The notes below the pieces were generated by a model that had not been told where the DNA came from, ran no database searches, and saw only the letters and a program-made list of their open reading frames with translations. Made by a program: the position numbers and the translations under genes. DNA of 50,767 nt from an uncultured Streptococcus sp. Its GTDB lineage: Bacteria > Bacillota > Bacilli > Lactobacillales > Streptococcaceae. This document shows, in pieces, positions 9,376 to 18,854 of the stretch. The first letter of the stretch is position 1; every line of letters starts with the position of its first letter. The stretch is from contig CAURIB010000001.1 in assembly GCA_963524795.1 (NCBI GenBank), forward strand, positions 1 to 50,767, written 5' to 3'.

Positions 9376-10392
9376 ATGACACATTCAGTATTTCAAGGAA
9401 GAAGTTTTCTAGCTGAAAAAGATTTTACCCGTGCAGAGCTCGAATATTTGATTGGCCTTTCTGCTCATTTGAAAGACCTCAAAAAACGCAACATTGAGCA
9501 CCACTACCTAGCAGGTAAAAATATTGCTCTTTTATTTGAAAAAACTTCTACCCGTACACGCGCAGCCTTCACAACTGCTGCAATCGATCTTGGAGCACAT
9601 CCAGAATATCTAGGTGCCAATGATATCCAACTAGGTAAGAAAGAATCTACTGAAGATACAGCAAAAGTTTTAGGACGTATGTTTGATGGTATCGAGTTCC
9701 GCGGTTTCAGCCAACGTATGGTTGAAGAATTGGCTGAATTCTCAGGTGTTCCAGTATGGAATGGTCTAACTGACGAATGGCACCCAACTCAAATGCTCGC
9801 TGACTATTTGACAGTACAAGAAAACTTCGGACGCCTTGAAGGATTGACCTTGGTTTACTGTGGTGATGGACGTAACAACGTTGCTAACAGTCTTCTTGTA
9901 ACTGGAGCTATCCTTGGTGTCAATGTCCACATCTTCTCACCAAAAGAACTCTTCCCAGAAAAAGAAATCGTTGAATTGGCTGAAGGATTTGCTAAAGAAA
10001 GTGGCGCTCATGTTCTGATCACTGAAGATGCTGATGAAGCCGTTAAAGGGGCAGATGTTCTTTACACCGACGTTTGGGTATCTATGGGTGAAGAAGATAA
10101 ATTCGCAGAACGCGTAGCTATGCTTAAACCTTACCAAGTCAATATGGACCTCGTTAAGAAAGCAAATAATGAAAACTTGATCTTCCTACACTGCTTGCCA
10201 GCCTTCCATGATACTCACACTGTTTATGGTAAAGACGTTGCTGAAAAATTCGGTGTCGAAGAAATGGAAGTAACAGATGAAGTCTTCCGCAGCAAGTACG
10301 CTCGTCACTTCGACCAAGCAGAAAACCGTATGCACACTATCAAAGCTGTTATGGCTGCTACACTAGGAAATCTCTATATTCCAAAAGTGTAA
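9376..10392 (+). CDS. arcB: catabolic ornithine carbamoyltransferase
   Basis: STRTR, HPTQ and HCLP motifs. Confidence 0.97.
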   Translation: MTHSVFQGRSFLAEKDFTRAELEYLIGLSAHLKDLKKRNIEHHYLAGKNIALLFEKTSTRTRAAFTTAAIDLGAHPEYLGANDIQLGKKESTEDTAKVLGRMFDGIEFRGFSQRMVEELAEFSGVPVWNGLTDEWHPTQMLADYLTVQENFGRLEGLTLVYCGDGRNNVANSLLVTGAILGVNVHIFSPKELFPEKEIVELAEGFAKESGAHVLITEDADEAVKGADVLYTDVWVSMGEEDKFAERVAMLKPYQVNMDLVKKANNENLIFLHCLPAFHDTHTVYGKDVAEKFGVEEMEVTDEVFRSKYARHFDQAENRMHTIKAVMAATLGNLYIPKV

Positions 10393-10400
10393 TACTAACT

Positions 10401-10509
10401 TTATACTCAATGAAAATCAAAGAGCAAACTAGGAAGCGAGCCGCAGGCTGTACTTGAGTACGGCAAGGCGAAGCTGACGTGGTTTGAATTTGATTTTCGA
10501 AGAGTATTA
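10401..10509 (-). repeat. BOX element (boxA-boxC, no boxB)
   Basis: Reverse complement reads TAATACTCTTCGAAAATCAAATTCAAACCACGTCAGC..GCTTCCTAGTTTGCTCTTTGATTTTCATTGAGTATAA, with imperfect terminal inverted repeats. Confidence 0.9.
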
Positions 10510-10520
10510 ACAAACAGCTT

Positions 10521-10557
10521 AGGGGCTGAGACTAGTGTTTTAGTCCAGTCCCTTTTT
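10521..10557 (+). terminator. internal terminator-like hairpin after arcB
   Basis: AGGGGCTG-AGACTA..TAGTC-CAGTCCCT followed by TTTT. Confidence 0.6.
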
Positions 10558-10781
10558 GTAGTAGAAACGAGAACTGAGTTGGAATTTGAAAACAGTCACA
10601 TTCAAGCTACTAGCTTAACATTCAACCCAAACCTCATAACAAAAAATTAACTGCCTCCCCAGTTATTTATATGTCTAGAATTCCAACTCTGCTCGTTTGT
10701 AGAAAGCCTTCTTTCTCAACTACCAAATCCAATCATTTAACCAAATCTTGGTTTTAGCCCATCTCAAAGAAAGGAGCGCTC

Positions 10782-11729
10782 ATGTCACATCGTAAAATTG
10801 TTGTCGCTCTTGGAGGGAATGCTATTCTCTCTACCGATCCATCTGCTCAAGCCCAAGAAGCAGCTCTAGCTGAAACAGCTCGCCATCTGGTAAAACTAAT
10901 CCAAAACGGTGATGAACTCATCATTACACACGGAAATGGACCGCAAGTCGGTAACTTGCTCCTTCAACATCTAGCGGCAGATTCTGAAAAAAATCCAGCC
11001 TTCCCTCTAGACTCACTCGTAGCCATGACTGAAGGTAGTATCGGTTTTTGGCTCCAAAATGCTTTAGATAATGCTTTGCTTGATTTGAAATTGGAAAAAC
11101 CTGTTGCGTCTATTGTAACGCAAGTAGTCGTGGACAAAGATGATCCTGCATTTCTTAACCCAAGCAAACCAATCGGTCCTTTCTACTCAGAAGAAGATGC
11201 CAAAGTAGAAAGTGAACGAACTGGAGCTACCTTTAAAGAGGATTCGGGTCGCGGTTGGCGTAAAGTCGTTGCTTCGCCAAAACCTATTCACATCAAAGAA
11301 ATCGATAGTATCCGAGCATTGCTAAACGCAGGTCAAGTTGTTATCGCTGCAGGCGGTGGAGGTATTCCTGTAATCGAAAATGAAAACGGTTACCTATCAG
11401 GGGTAGAAGCCGTTATCGATAAGGACTTTGCATCTCAATGCTTGGCAGAACTGGTTGAAGCCGATCTCTTCATCGTTTTGACTGGCGTAGATTATGCTTA
11501 TGTCAACTATAACAAACCAAATCAAGAAAAATTGGAGCAGGTAACTGTTAGCCAACTCCAAGAATACATCCAAGAGGGGCAATTTGCTCCTGGTAGTATG
11601 CTACCAAAAATCCAAGCTTCCATTGATTTTGTAACCAATCGTCCAGCAGGAAAAGCCGTCATCACTTCCCTCAGCAATTTGGGAGCCTTGATTGAATCTG
11701 ATAGCGGAACAATCATCGTTAAAGATTAG
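10782..11729 (+). CDS. arcC: carbamate kinase
   Basis: [19 protein letters not shown] and GSMLPK motifs. Confidence 0.96.
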   Translation: MSHRKIVVALGGNAILSTDPSAQAQEAALAETARHLVKLIQNGDELIITHGNGPQVGNLLLQHLAADSEKNPAFPLDSLVAMTEGSIGFWLQNALDNALLDLKLEKPVASIVTQVVVDKDDPAFLNPSKPIGPFYSEEDAKVESERTGATFKEDSGRGWRKVVASPKPIHIKEIDSIRALLNAGQVVIAAGGGGIPVIENENGYLSGVEAVIDKDFASQCLAELVEADLFIVLTGVDYAYVNYNKPNQEKLEQVTVSQLQEYIQEGQFAPGSMLPKIQASIDFVTNRPAGKAVITSLSNLGALIESDSGTIIVKD

Positions 11730-11823
11730 CATCTTAGTGATACTTTACAAGAAAGTTTAGTCAGCACTCTTGCCACCATCATTCGTTTTTATACTGTGTG
11801 ACATAGTTTAGGAGGAAAAACAA

Positions 11824-13332
11824 ATGAGTGAAAATAAAAAAAGGTTTCAAATGCCTTCATCATACACTGTTTTGATCATCATCATTGCCATTATGGCATT
11901 TTTGACCTGGGTCATTCCTGCAGGTAAGTATGATACCAATGAAGCAGGTAACCTCATCGCAGGTACCTATCAAACTGTTGACTCTAATCCTCAAGGGATT
12001 TACGATGTCTTTATGGCCCCAATTCGTGCCATGCTCGGTCACAAACCAACTAGCGCAGCAATCGACGTTGCCTTCTTTATCCTTATGGTCGGAGGTTTCC
12101 TTGGTGTCGTAAACGCTACTGGTACACTCGATGTAGGGATTGCCTCCATCGTTAAAAAATACAAGGGCCGCGAAAAAATGTTGATTCTCATCCTCATGCC
12201 CCTCTTCGCACTTGGAGGAACTACCTATGGTATGGGTGAAGAAACCATGGCCTTCTATCCCCTTCTTGTCCCTGTAATGATGGCAGTTGGTTTTGACAGT
12301 ATCACTGCCGTAGCCATCATCTTACTAGGTTCTCAAGTTGGTTGTTTGGCATCTACATTGAATCCATTTGCTACTGTTATCGCCTCTGATACTGCGGGAA
12401 TCTCTTCTATGGATGGGGTTATTCTCCGTGTTATCTTCTGGTTTGTAATGACAGGTATCAGCACTTACTTTGTCTATCGTTATGCAGAAAAGATTCAAAA
12501 AGATCCTACTAAATCACTCGTTTACGCTCAACGCGAAGAAGATATCAAACACTTTAATGTTTCAGAAAACGATGATGCACCATCTACCTTGAGCAAGAAA
12601 CAAAAACATGTCCTCGCTTTATTTGTATTAACCTTTATCATTATGATTGCAAGTTTCATCCCTTGGGTTGATTTGCATGTTACTGTATTTGAAGACTTCA
12701 AGAATTGGTTAATCGGCCTTCCTGTAATTGGAGGAGTTATCGGTTCATCTGCTCAACCATTTGGTAGCTGGTACTTCCCAGAAGGCGCTATGCTCTTTGC
12801 CGTTATGGGTATCTTGATCGGTGTTGTCTATGGTCTCAAAGAAAGCAAGATTGTCTCAACCTTCTTAACTGGTGCTGCAGATTTGCTTTCAGTTGCCTTG
12901 ATTTGTGCGGTTGCTCGTGGTATCCAAGTTATCATGAACGATGGTATGATTACTGCAACTATCCTACATTGGGGTGAAGTTGGCCTTCAAGGTCTTTCTC
13001 CTCAAATCTTCATCGTATTGACCTATATCTTCTACCTACCTATGTCCTTCCTCATTCCTTCTTCATCTGGTCTTGCTAGTGCAACTATGGGTATCATGGC
13101 TCCTCTTGGAGAGTTCGTCAATGTTAAAGCAAGCCTTATCGTCACTGCCTACCAATCTGCATCTGGTGTCCTTAACCTTGTGACTCCTACTTCAGGTATT
13201 GTTATGGGTGCTCTTGCTCTTGGTCGTGTCAGCCTTGGAACTTGGTGGAAATTTGTTGGAAAACTCGTCATCGTCATTGTCGTTGCAAGTATTCTACTTC
13301 TCATCTTAGGTACCTTTGTGCCATTCTTATAA
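11824..13332 (+). CDS. arcD: arginine/ornithine antiporter, YfcC family
   Basis: Multi-pass protein with GTTYGMGEE, NPF and IPSSSG motifs, located in the arc operon. Confidence 0.88.
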   Translation: MSENKKRFQMPSSYTVLIIIIAIMAFLTWVIPAGKYDTNEAGNLIAGTYQTVDSNPQGIYDVFMAPIRAMLGHKPTSAAIDVAFFILMVGGFLGVVNATGTLDVGIASIVKKYKGREKMLILILMPLFALGGTTYGMGEETMAFYPLLVPVMMAVGFDSITAVAIILLGSQVGCLASTLNPFATVIASDTAGISSMDGVILRVIFWFVMTGISTYFVYRYAEKIQKDPTKSLVYAQREEDIKHFNVSENDDAPSTLSKKQKHVLALFVLTFIIMIASFIPWVDLHVTVFEDFKNWLIGLPVIGGVIGSSAQPFGSWYFPEGAMLFAVMGILIGVVYGLKESKIVSTFLTGAADLLSVALICAVARGIQVIMNDGMITATILHWGEVGLQGLSPQIFIVLTYIFYLPMSFLIPSSSGLASATMGIMAPLGEFVNVKASLIVTAYQSASGVLNLVTPTSGIVMGALALGRVSLGTWWKFVGKLVIVIVVASILLLILGTFVPFL

Positions 13333-13349
13333 TAAAGAGGGAAATACGG

Positions 13350-14678
13350 ATGAAATCCTATATTACAGAATCAATCAAAGAGGATTTTCTTCAAAATTTG
13401 AAAACAATCATCTCTTATCCTTCTGTTCTCAATGAAGGTGAAAATGGCACTCCCTTTGGTCAAGCAATTCAAGATGTCCTGAAAAAAACGCTGGACTTAT
13501 GTCAAGAACTTGGTTTTAAAACCTACCTTGATCCTCAAGGATATTATGGGTATGCAGAAGTTGGTGAGGGGGATCTCCTTGCCATCCTCTGCCACCTAGA
13601 TGTCGTTCCTGCAGGCGATTTGACAGACTGGGAAACTCCTCCATTTGAAGCTAGTATCAGAGATGGGCGGGTTTATGGTCGGGGTTCTCAGGATGATAAA
13701 GGACCTTCTCTTGCAGCCCTTTACGCAGTCAAAAGCCTGCTTGACCAAGGAATTCAATTCAAAAAACGGGTTCGGTTCATATTTGGCACTGATGAAGAAA
13801 CACTTTGGCGTTGTATGGCAAGATATAATGCCATTGAAGAGCAAGCCAGCATGGGATTTGCTCCTGATTCATCGTTCCCATTAACCTATGCAGAAAAAGG
13901 ACTCCTTCAGGTCAAACTTCATGGACCTGGATCAGAACAACTCGCCTTAGATGTAGGTGGAGCTTTCAATGTCGTTCCTGATAAGGCAACCTATCAAGGA
14001 CCACTTATGGATCAGATCCAGGCAGGCCTAATAGCTGCTGGCTACGATTATCAACAAAATGATCAGAACCTTACTGTTCTAGGAGTATCTAAGCATGCCA
14101 AGGATGCTAGCCAAGGGATTAATGCAGTCATTCGATTAGCCACCGTGCTTGATTCCATTCAATCCCATCCTGCACTTACATTTCTTGCCAAAGAAGTTGG
14201 TCAAGATGGTCAAGGAAAAGAAATCTTTGGTGATATCAGCGACCAGCCTTCTGGACATTTATCCTTTAATGTGGCTGCCTTAACCATTACTCCCGAAAGT
14301 TCTGAAATTCGAATTGATATTCGAATCCCAGTCCTTGCAGACAAGGATGCCCTTGTTCATCAGCTGATAGAGTGCGCAAAAGCTTACCAACTTAGCTACC
14401 ATGAATTTGACTACCTGGCACCACTTTACGTTGTAAGAGATAGCACACTCGTCACTACTCTCATGCAGGTTTATGAAGAAAAAACTGGTGACAAGAGTCC
14501 CGCTCTATCATCTGGCGGTGCAACCTTTGCACGTACGATGCCAAACTGTGTCGCTTTTGGTGCTCTCTTCCCAGGAAGAGAGCAAACAGAACACCAAGCA
14601 AATGAATATGCTATCTTAGATGATCTCTATCATGCTATGGATATCTATGCTGAAGCTGTTTACCGATTAGCGACTTAA
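13350..14678 (+). CDS. arcT: M20 dipeptidase
   Basis: HLDVVP, GRGSQDDKGP, DEE and GGATFAR motifs. Start at ATG 13350. Confidence 0.88.
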   Translation: MKSYITESIKEDFLQNLKTIISYPSVLNEGENGTPFGQAIQDVLKKTLDLCQELGFKTYLDPQGYYGYAEVGEGDLLAILCHLDVVPAGDLTDWETPPFEASIRDGRVYGRGSQDDKGPSLAALYAVKSLLDQGIQFKKRVRFIFGTDEETLWRCMARYNAIEEQASMGFAPDSSFPLTYAEKGLLQVKLHGPGSEQLALDVGGAFNVVPDKATYQGPLMDQIQAGLIAAGYDYQQNDQNLTVLGVSKHAKDASQGINAVIRLATVLDSIQSHPALTFLAKEVGQDGQGKEIFGDISDQPSGHLSFNVAALTITPESSEIRIDIRIPVLADKDALVHQLIECAKAYQLSYHEFDYLAPLYVVRDSTLVTTLMQVYEEKTGDKSPALSSGGATFARTMPNCVAFGALFPGREQTEHQANEYAILDDLYHAMDIYAEAVYRLAT

Positions 14679-14684
14679 AAGACC

Positions 14685-14722
14685 TCCTAAACTCCGTCCC
14701 GATTTGGGACGGAGTTTTAGGA
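14685..14722 (+). terminator. arc operon terminator hairpin
   Basis: AAACTCCGTCCC-gattt-GGGACGGAGTTT. Confidence 0.8.
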
Positions 14723-14746
14723 AAATTCTAAATAGCAAGCTACAAC

Positions 14747-14779
14747 AAAAGCCAAGGAAGGGATTTTCTTGGCTTTTTG
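14747..14779. terminator. bidirectional terminator, likely ending the prfC transcript
   Basis: AAAAGCCAAGGAA-ggga-TTTTCTTGGCTTTTT. Confidence 0.7.
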
Positions 14780-14824
14780 CAATAGTTTTAAGGTAAGTTA
14801 CCAACTCAGATACTCTTTTTCACA

Positions 14825-15180
14825 ACGACACACAGTTTGGCAAATCGATTCTATTTGGCAAACGAAGTTAGTAAGGCAGGTAGCTAGACCGCTTTCTAAC
14901 TATTACGACGAAAAAGTCCACGAATCAATACCATCCGTGGACTTTTCCTAGTGAAGCGTTTAAGTAAACCGATTTTTACACTACGACACGGAGTTTGGCA
15001 AATCGATTTTATTTGCCAAACGTAGTTAGTAAGGCAGTTAGCTAGTTCGCTTTCTAACTATTACGACACTGAGTTTTACAAATCGATTCCATTTGTAAAA
15101 CTCAGTTAGTGAGGCAGTTAGGCAAGTCTAATAGGACTTGCCGTAGCCTACTTAGATTGCTTTGCAATCAAGTAGGCTTA
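14825..15180 (-). repeat. tandem array of four ~80-nt hairpin modules plus two terminal hairpins
   Basis: ACGAC at 14825, 14905, 14983 and 15063. Each is followed by a 16-7-16 nt inverted repeat and then TAGTRARGC. Confidence 0.9.
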
Positions 15181-15185
15181 CTGAA

Positions 15186-16730
15186 TCACATTTTCTCTTC
15201 CAACTCAACATCTGGATACTTGTCCACAAACCAGCGGAGAGCAAAGTCGTTTTCAAAGAGGAAGACAGGTTGGTCAAAGCGGTCTTTTGCCAAGATGTTT
15301 CGACTAGATGACATGCGCTCATCTAAATCTTCAGGTTTAATCCAACGAACGGTCTTTTTACCCATTGGAGTCATGATAACTTCAGCATTGTACTCACCTT
15401 CCATGCGATGCTTAAACACTTCGAACTGGAGTTGTCCAACAGCACCTAGCATGTACTCACCTGTTTGGTAATTCTTATAAAGCTGGACAGCTCCTTCTTG
15501 TACCAACTGTTCCATTCCCTTGTGGAATGATTTTTGTTTCATAACGTTCTTAGGCGAAACCTTCATAAAAATCTCTGGAGTAAAGGTTGGCAGTGGTTCA
15601 AACTCAAACTTGTTTTTCCCAACAGTTAGCGTATCTCCAACCTGGTAGGTACCTGTATCATAAACCCCGATAATATCTCCAGCTACGGCATTGGTGACAT
15701 TCTCACGACTTTCTGCCATAAATTGAGTCACGTTAGATAACTTAGCTACCTTACCAGTACGAGGGAGATTGACACTCATCCCACGCTCAAATTCACCAGA
15801 TACGATACGGACAAAGGCAATACGGTCACGGTGACGAGGGTCCATATTGGCTTGGATTTTAAAGACAAAGCCTGAGAAGTCCTTATCATAAGGATCAACA
15901 ATTTCTCCGTCTGTTTTCTTGTGACCATGAGGTTCTGGAGCAAATTTGAGGAAGGTTTCAAGGAAGGTCTGCACACCAAAGTTAGTTAGGGCTGATCCAA
16001 AGAAGACTGGTGTCAAATCACCTGCAAGAATAGCTTCTTCTGAGAATTCATTTCCTGCTTCATTTAATAGTTCGATATCTTCTTTCACTTGCTCATAGAA
16101 AGGATTGCTTGCAAAAAGCTTATCTCCATCTTCTAGGCTAGCAAAGCGTTCATCCCCTTTATAGAGTTCCAAGCGTTGGTTATAGAGGTCATAGAGCCCC
16201 TCAAAGGCTTTCCCCATCCCGATTGGCCAGTTCATTGGATAACTGGCAATACCTAGAACTTCTTCCAATTCCTGCAAGAGATCTAGGGGCTCACGACCAT
16301 CACGGTCCAGCTTATTCATAAAGGTAAAGACAGGAATCCCGCGGTGTTTTACAACCTCAAACAATTTTTTAGTTTGGGCCTCGATACCCTTGGCAGAGTC
16401 CACGACCATGACCGCAGCATCCACTGCCATCAAGGTACGATAGGTATCCTCTGAGAAGTCCTCGTGCCCTGGTGTGTCTAGGATGTTTACGCGTTTGCCA
16501 TCATAGTCAAACTGCATCACAGATGAGGTTACCGAAATCCCACGTTGTTTCTCGATATCCATCCAGTCAGACTTAGCAAAAGTCCCTGTTTTCTTTCCTT
16601 TAACAGTACCAGCCTCACGAATCTCTCCCCCAAAGTAGAGCAACTGCTCAGTAATAGTTGTCTTCCCCGCGTCCGGGTGAGAGATGATGGCAAAGGTACG
16701 GCGTTTCTTAATTTCTTCTTGAATAGTCAT
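15186..16730 (-). CDS. prfC: peptide chain release factor 3
   Basis: [19 protein letters not shown] and QANMDP motifs. Confidence 0.97.
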   Translation of the reverse strand: MTIQEEIKKRRTFAIISHPDAGKTTITEQLLYFGGEIREAGTVKGKKTGTFAKSDWMDIEKQRGISVTSSVMQFDYDGKRVNILDTPGHEDFSEDTYRTLMAVDAAVMVVDSAKGIEAQTKKLFEVVKHRGIPVFTFMNKLDRDGREPLDLLQELEEVLGIASYPMNWPIGMGKAFEGLYDLYNQRLELYKGDERFASLEDGDKLFASNPFYEQVKEDIELLNEAGNEFSEEAILAGDLTPVFFGSALTNFGVQTFLETFLKFAPEPHGHKKTDGEIVDPYDKDFSGFVFKIQANMDPRHRDRIAFVRIVSGEFERGMSVNLPRTGKVAKLSNVTQFMAESRENVTNAVAGDIIGVYDTGTYQVGDTLTVGKNKFEFEPLPTFTPEIFMKVSPKNVMKQKSFHKGMEQLVQEGAVQLYKNYQTGEYMLGAVGQLQFEVFKHRMEGEYNAEVIMTPMGKKTVRWIKPEDLDERMSSSRNILAKDRFDQPVFLFENDFALRWFVDKYPDVELEEKM

Positions 16731-16816
16731 ATTTCTCTTTCTTTCTACTTTTTAATTATTCTGATTGATAATCTGCTCTTTGTTACATCGGACTCTAACA
16801 TTCCTTTCAACACTCC

Positions 16817-16845
16817 ATTATATCGGATTTTAGAGAGTTTTTCAA
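16817..16845 (-). promoter_or_regulatory. prfC promoter
   Basis: TTGAAA-17 nt-TATAAT. Confidence 0.75.
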
Positions 16846-16853
16846 TCGCTTAT

Positions 16854-16888
16854 AAAAGAAAAGCAGACCAAGAAAGTTGACCTGCTCT
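16854..16888 (-). terminator. terminator of the YwaF-like pair
   Basis: GCAGGUCAA-cuuuc-UUGGUCUGC-UUUUCUUUU. Confidence 0.7.
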
Positions 16889-16935
16889 TTATATTCTTTT
16901 GTTGATTATTTATATTTGTCACTCTTAATATGACT

Positions 16936-17628
16936 TCACAGATGAATTGTTTCTAGTGCCATTTTCTTTTGCCAACGTCTCTTAAACAAGATATCAAAGA
17001 GTACTAGGGCTGCAGATAGAATGATTGAAACCATAAGATACTTGATCCATATAGGAGCATCTGAAATAAACGGCGTCGTATTCAAAAGCCCATAATTTCC
17101 ACCTGTTACTTGATTGACTCCAACTAGGAAAAGATTGAGAACAAAAGTGTAGGCGATAATTCGATACTTTTTAAGCAAGGTCTTATCGTAGTGATTCATC
17201 AGATAAACCAGGGAATTGACTAAGAGAGCGTAATGCCCTATCAAGAATGAAAAGCTAGTGATATGCGGGAAATCATATGGATCAAAAACGGGATAGCCCA
17301 AAGCAAATACTGCTCCACTGGCTCCCAAAAGTGCAAAATACTGCTTAATTTCCCACTTATCTGGCAGGAAAACAACCGCGAACATGGCCAGACGACAATG
17401 GTAAAGAGGCAGGCTGTTCGAAAACGGAATACCGAATCCAACATACCAAGTATAGAGCGCTAGCAGTTGCGCTATTTGAATCCACTTAAACAATCGAACA
17501 AATTTGGGATTTTTGTAGTAAGTAAGAGAAGCATAAATAGACAAGGCAAGAAGGCCTATCATAACTCCATACCAAAAAATCGGAATAGGCGGTGGTGTCG
17601 TTTGGGTCCTTGTAATAAAATGATGCAT
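16936..17628 (-). CDS. YwaF/TMEM164-family membrane protein (Cys paralog)
   Basis: SLPLYHCR, FPH..GHYALL and GGNYG motifs; multi-pass. Confidence 0.78.
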   Translation of the reverse strand: MHHFITRTQTTPPPIPIFWYGVMIGLLALSIYASLTYYKNPKFVRLFKWIQIAQLLALYTWYVGFGIPFSNSLPLYHCRLAMFAVVFLPDKWEIKQYFALLGASGAVFALGYPVFDPYDFPHITSFSFLIGHYALLVNSLVYLMNHYDKTLLKKYRIIAYTFVLNLFLVGVNQVTGGNYGLLNTTPFISDAPIWIKYLMVSIILSAALVLFDILFKRRWQKKMALETIHL

Positions 17629-17664
17629 AGAGTCTCTCCTTAAAGTAAAGAATTTAGTTTTTTG

Positions 17665-18339
17665 TTAACGATTCTTATATTTATATTTAACAAGTTGATT
17701 GATGAAGATGAGAATTCCTGTCATCAAAATAGTTACGATGAGATAGTTAAGCAAGCTACCATGGTCGCCAATTACAGGGGGCTTGCTCATAAAGCCGTAA
17801 TTTCCTCCTGTCAAGAGGTTGGCTAGACAGATAATGGCATTGACTCCAAAAGTCATCAGGCATATTTTCCAAGTATCCCCTTTTTCAACCTCATAATAGC
17901 TAACAAGATAAATCAAGCAGTTGGCTAAGAGTGCCCAGTGTCCGAAAACATTGTTCAGCGAGGAGACATGAGGGAAAGGAAAGGGATAAAAGACTGGATA
18001 AACTAAAGCCATGATAGAACCAAAGACTCCCACTAAGGCAAAATATTGTTTGAAAAATGTCTTATTTGGTGCAAAAAGAATCATCCACATGGCCATACGA
18101 CTGTGGTAAAAAGGGAGGGCCTCAGATAGCGGTAGGCGCGCAGCAATATACCATGCGTTGATAATCAGCAGTTGAATCAATTGTCCCCAATACCAAAAAT
18201 CTCGATAACGTTTAGAGCTTGCATAGCGAATCGATAAAGCAGTTATAACTAGCAAAGAAATCGGCAACAAAATGTACCATGCTCCCAAGTGTGGAGGAAC
18301 TGTTTTTTTACTGGTAAAAAGTAAATCCCAAATTTTCAT
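17665..18339 (-). CDS. YwaF/TMEM164-family membrane protein (Ser paralog)
   Basis: ALPFYHSR, FPH..GHWALL and GGNYG motifs; clear paralog of 16936..17628. Confidence 0.78.
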   Translation of the reverse strand: MKIWDLLFTSKKTVPPHLGAWYILLPISLLVITALSIRYASSKRYRDFWYWGQLIQLLIINAWYIAARLPLSEALPFYHSRMAMWMILFAPNKTFFKQYFALVGVFGSIMALVYPVFYPFPFPHVSSLNNVFGHWALLANCLIYLVSYYEVEKGDTWKICLMTFGVNAIICLANLLTGGNYGFMSKPPVIGDHGSLLNYLIVTILMTGILIFINQLVKYKYKNR

Positions 18340-18428
18340 ATGTCCTCCTCAACTTGTTCGAATCGGTAAATGTCTCCATCTTGTTTACCACCTAGAAACT
18401 ACCGCTATTCTTTCTTCTAATTTCAACC

Positions 18429-18457
18429 ATTATATCGAATTAAAAACCTTTTTTCAA
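18429..18457 (-). promoter_or_regulatory. promoter of the YwaF-like pair
   Basis: TTGAAA-17 nt-TATAAT. Confidence 0.7.
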
Positions 18458-18502
18458 TTTCTATTTCTTTTCAGCTTAGCTCACCTTATTTATAGGAAAA
18501 TA

Positions 18503-18511
18503 TGGTAAAAT
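18503..18511 (+). promoter_or_regulatory. extended -10 promoter of gatCAB
   Basis: TGGTAAAAT about 40 nt upstream of gatC. Confidence 0.6.
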
Positions 18512-18551
18512 AGAACAGATAAATAATCATCATTTCACGAAAGGATACCAG

Positions 18552-18854
18552 ATGAAAATTACGCAAGAAGAGGTGACTCACGTTGCCAATCTTTCAAAAT
18601 TAAAATTCTCAGAAGAAGAAACTGCTGAGTTTGCGACAACCTTGTCTAAAATTGTTGATATGGTCGAATTGCTGGGCGAAGTCGACACTACTGGTGTTGC
18701 ACCTACTACTACCATGGCTGACCGTAAAACCGTTCTCCGACCTGACGTAGCCGAAGAAGGAACAGACCGTGACCGCTTATTTAAAAATGTACCTGAAAAA
18801 GATAATTACTATATCAAGGTACCAGCTATCCTAGATGATGGAGGAGATGCCTAA
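18552..18854 (+). CDS. gatC: Asp/Glu-tRNA amidotransferase subunit C
   Basis: [19 protein letters not shown]; first gene of gatCAB. Confidence 0.95.
   Translation: MKITQEEVTHVANLSKLKFSEEETAEFATTLSKIVDMVELLGEVDTTGVAPTTTMADRKTVLRPDVAEEGTDRDRLFKNVPEKDNYYIKVPAILDDGGDA

Noticed and set aside
13242..13349. Longest-ORF upstream starts (arcT; also serS, fabT, fabD, trmL, CAAX-1)
   Set aside because: They overlap upstream genes or leaders. Downstream starts fit SD placement, operon spacing or family N-termini better.
14825..15180. CRISPR array
   Set aside because: Constant parts are only 5 and 9 nt, the variable parts are self-complementary, linkers repeat rather than being unique, and no cas genes are present.
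14825..15180. Integron attC sites or a type III antitoxin array
   Set aside because: GTTAG/CTAAC words occur, but there are no cassette ORFs or integrase. No toxin gene follows the array, whose neighbours are arcT and prfC.
14769..15471. ORFs 14769..14951 and 15109..15471
   Set aside because: They run across the repeat array or antisense to prfC, with no SD and no protein-like composition.
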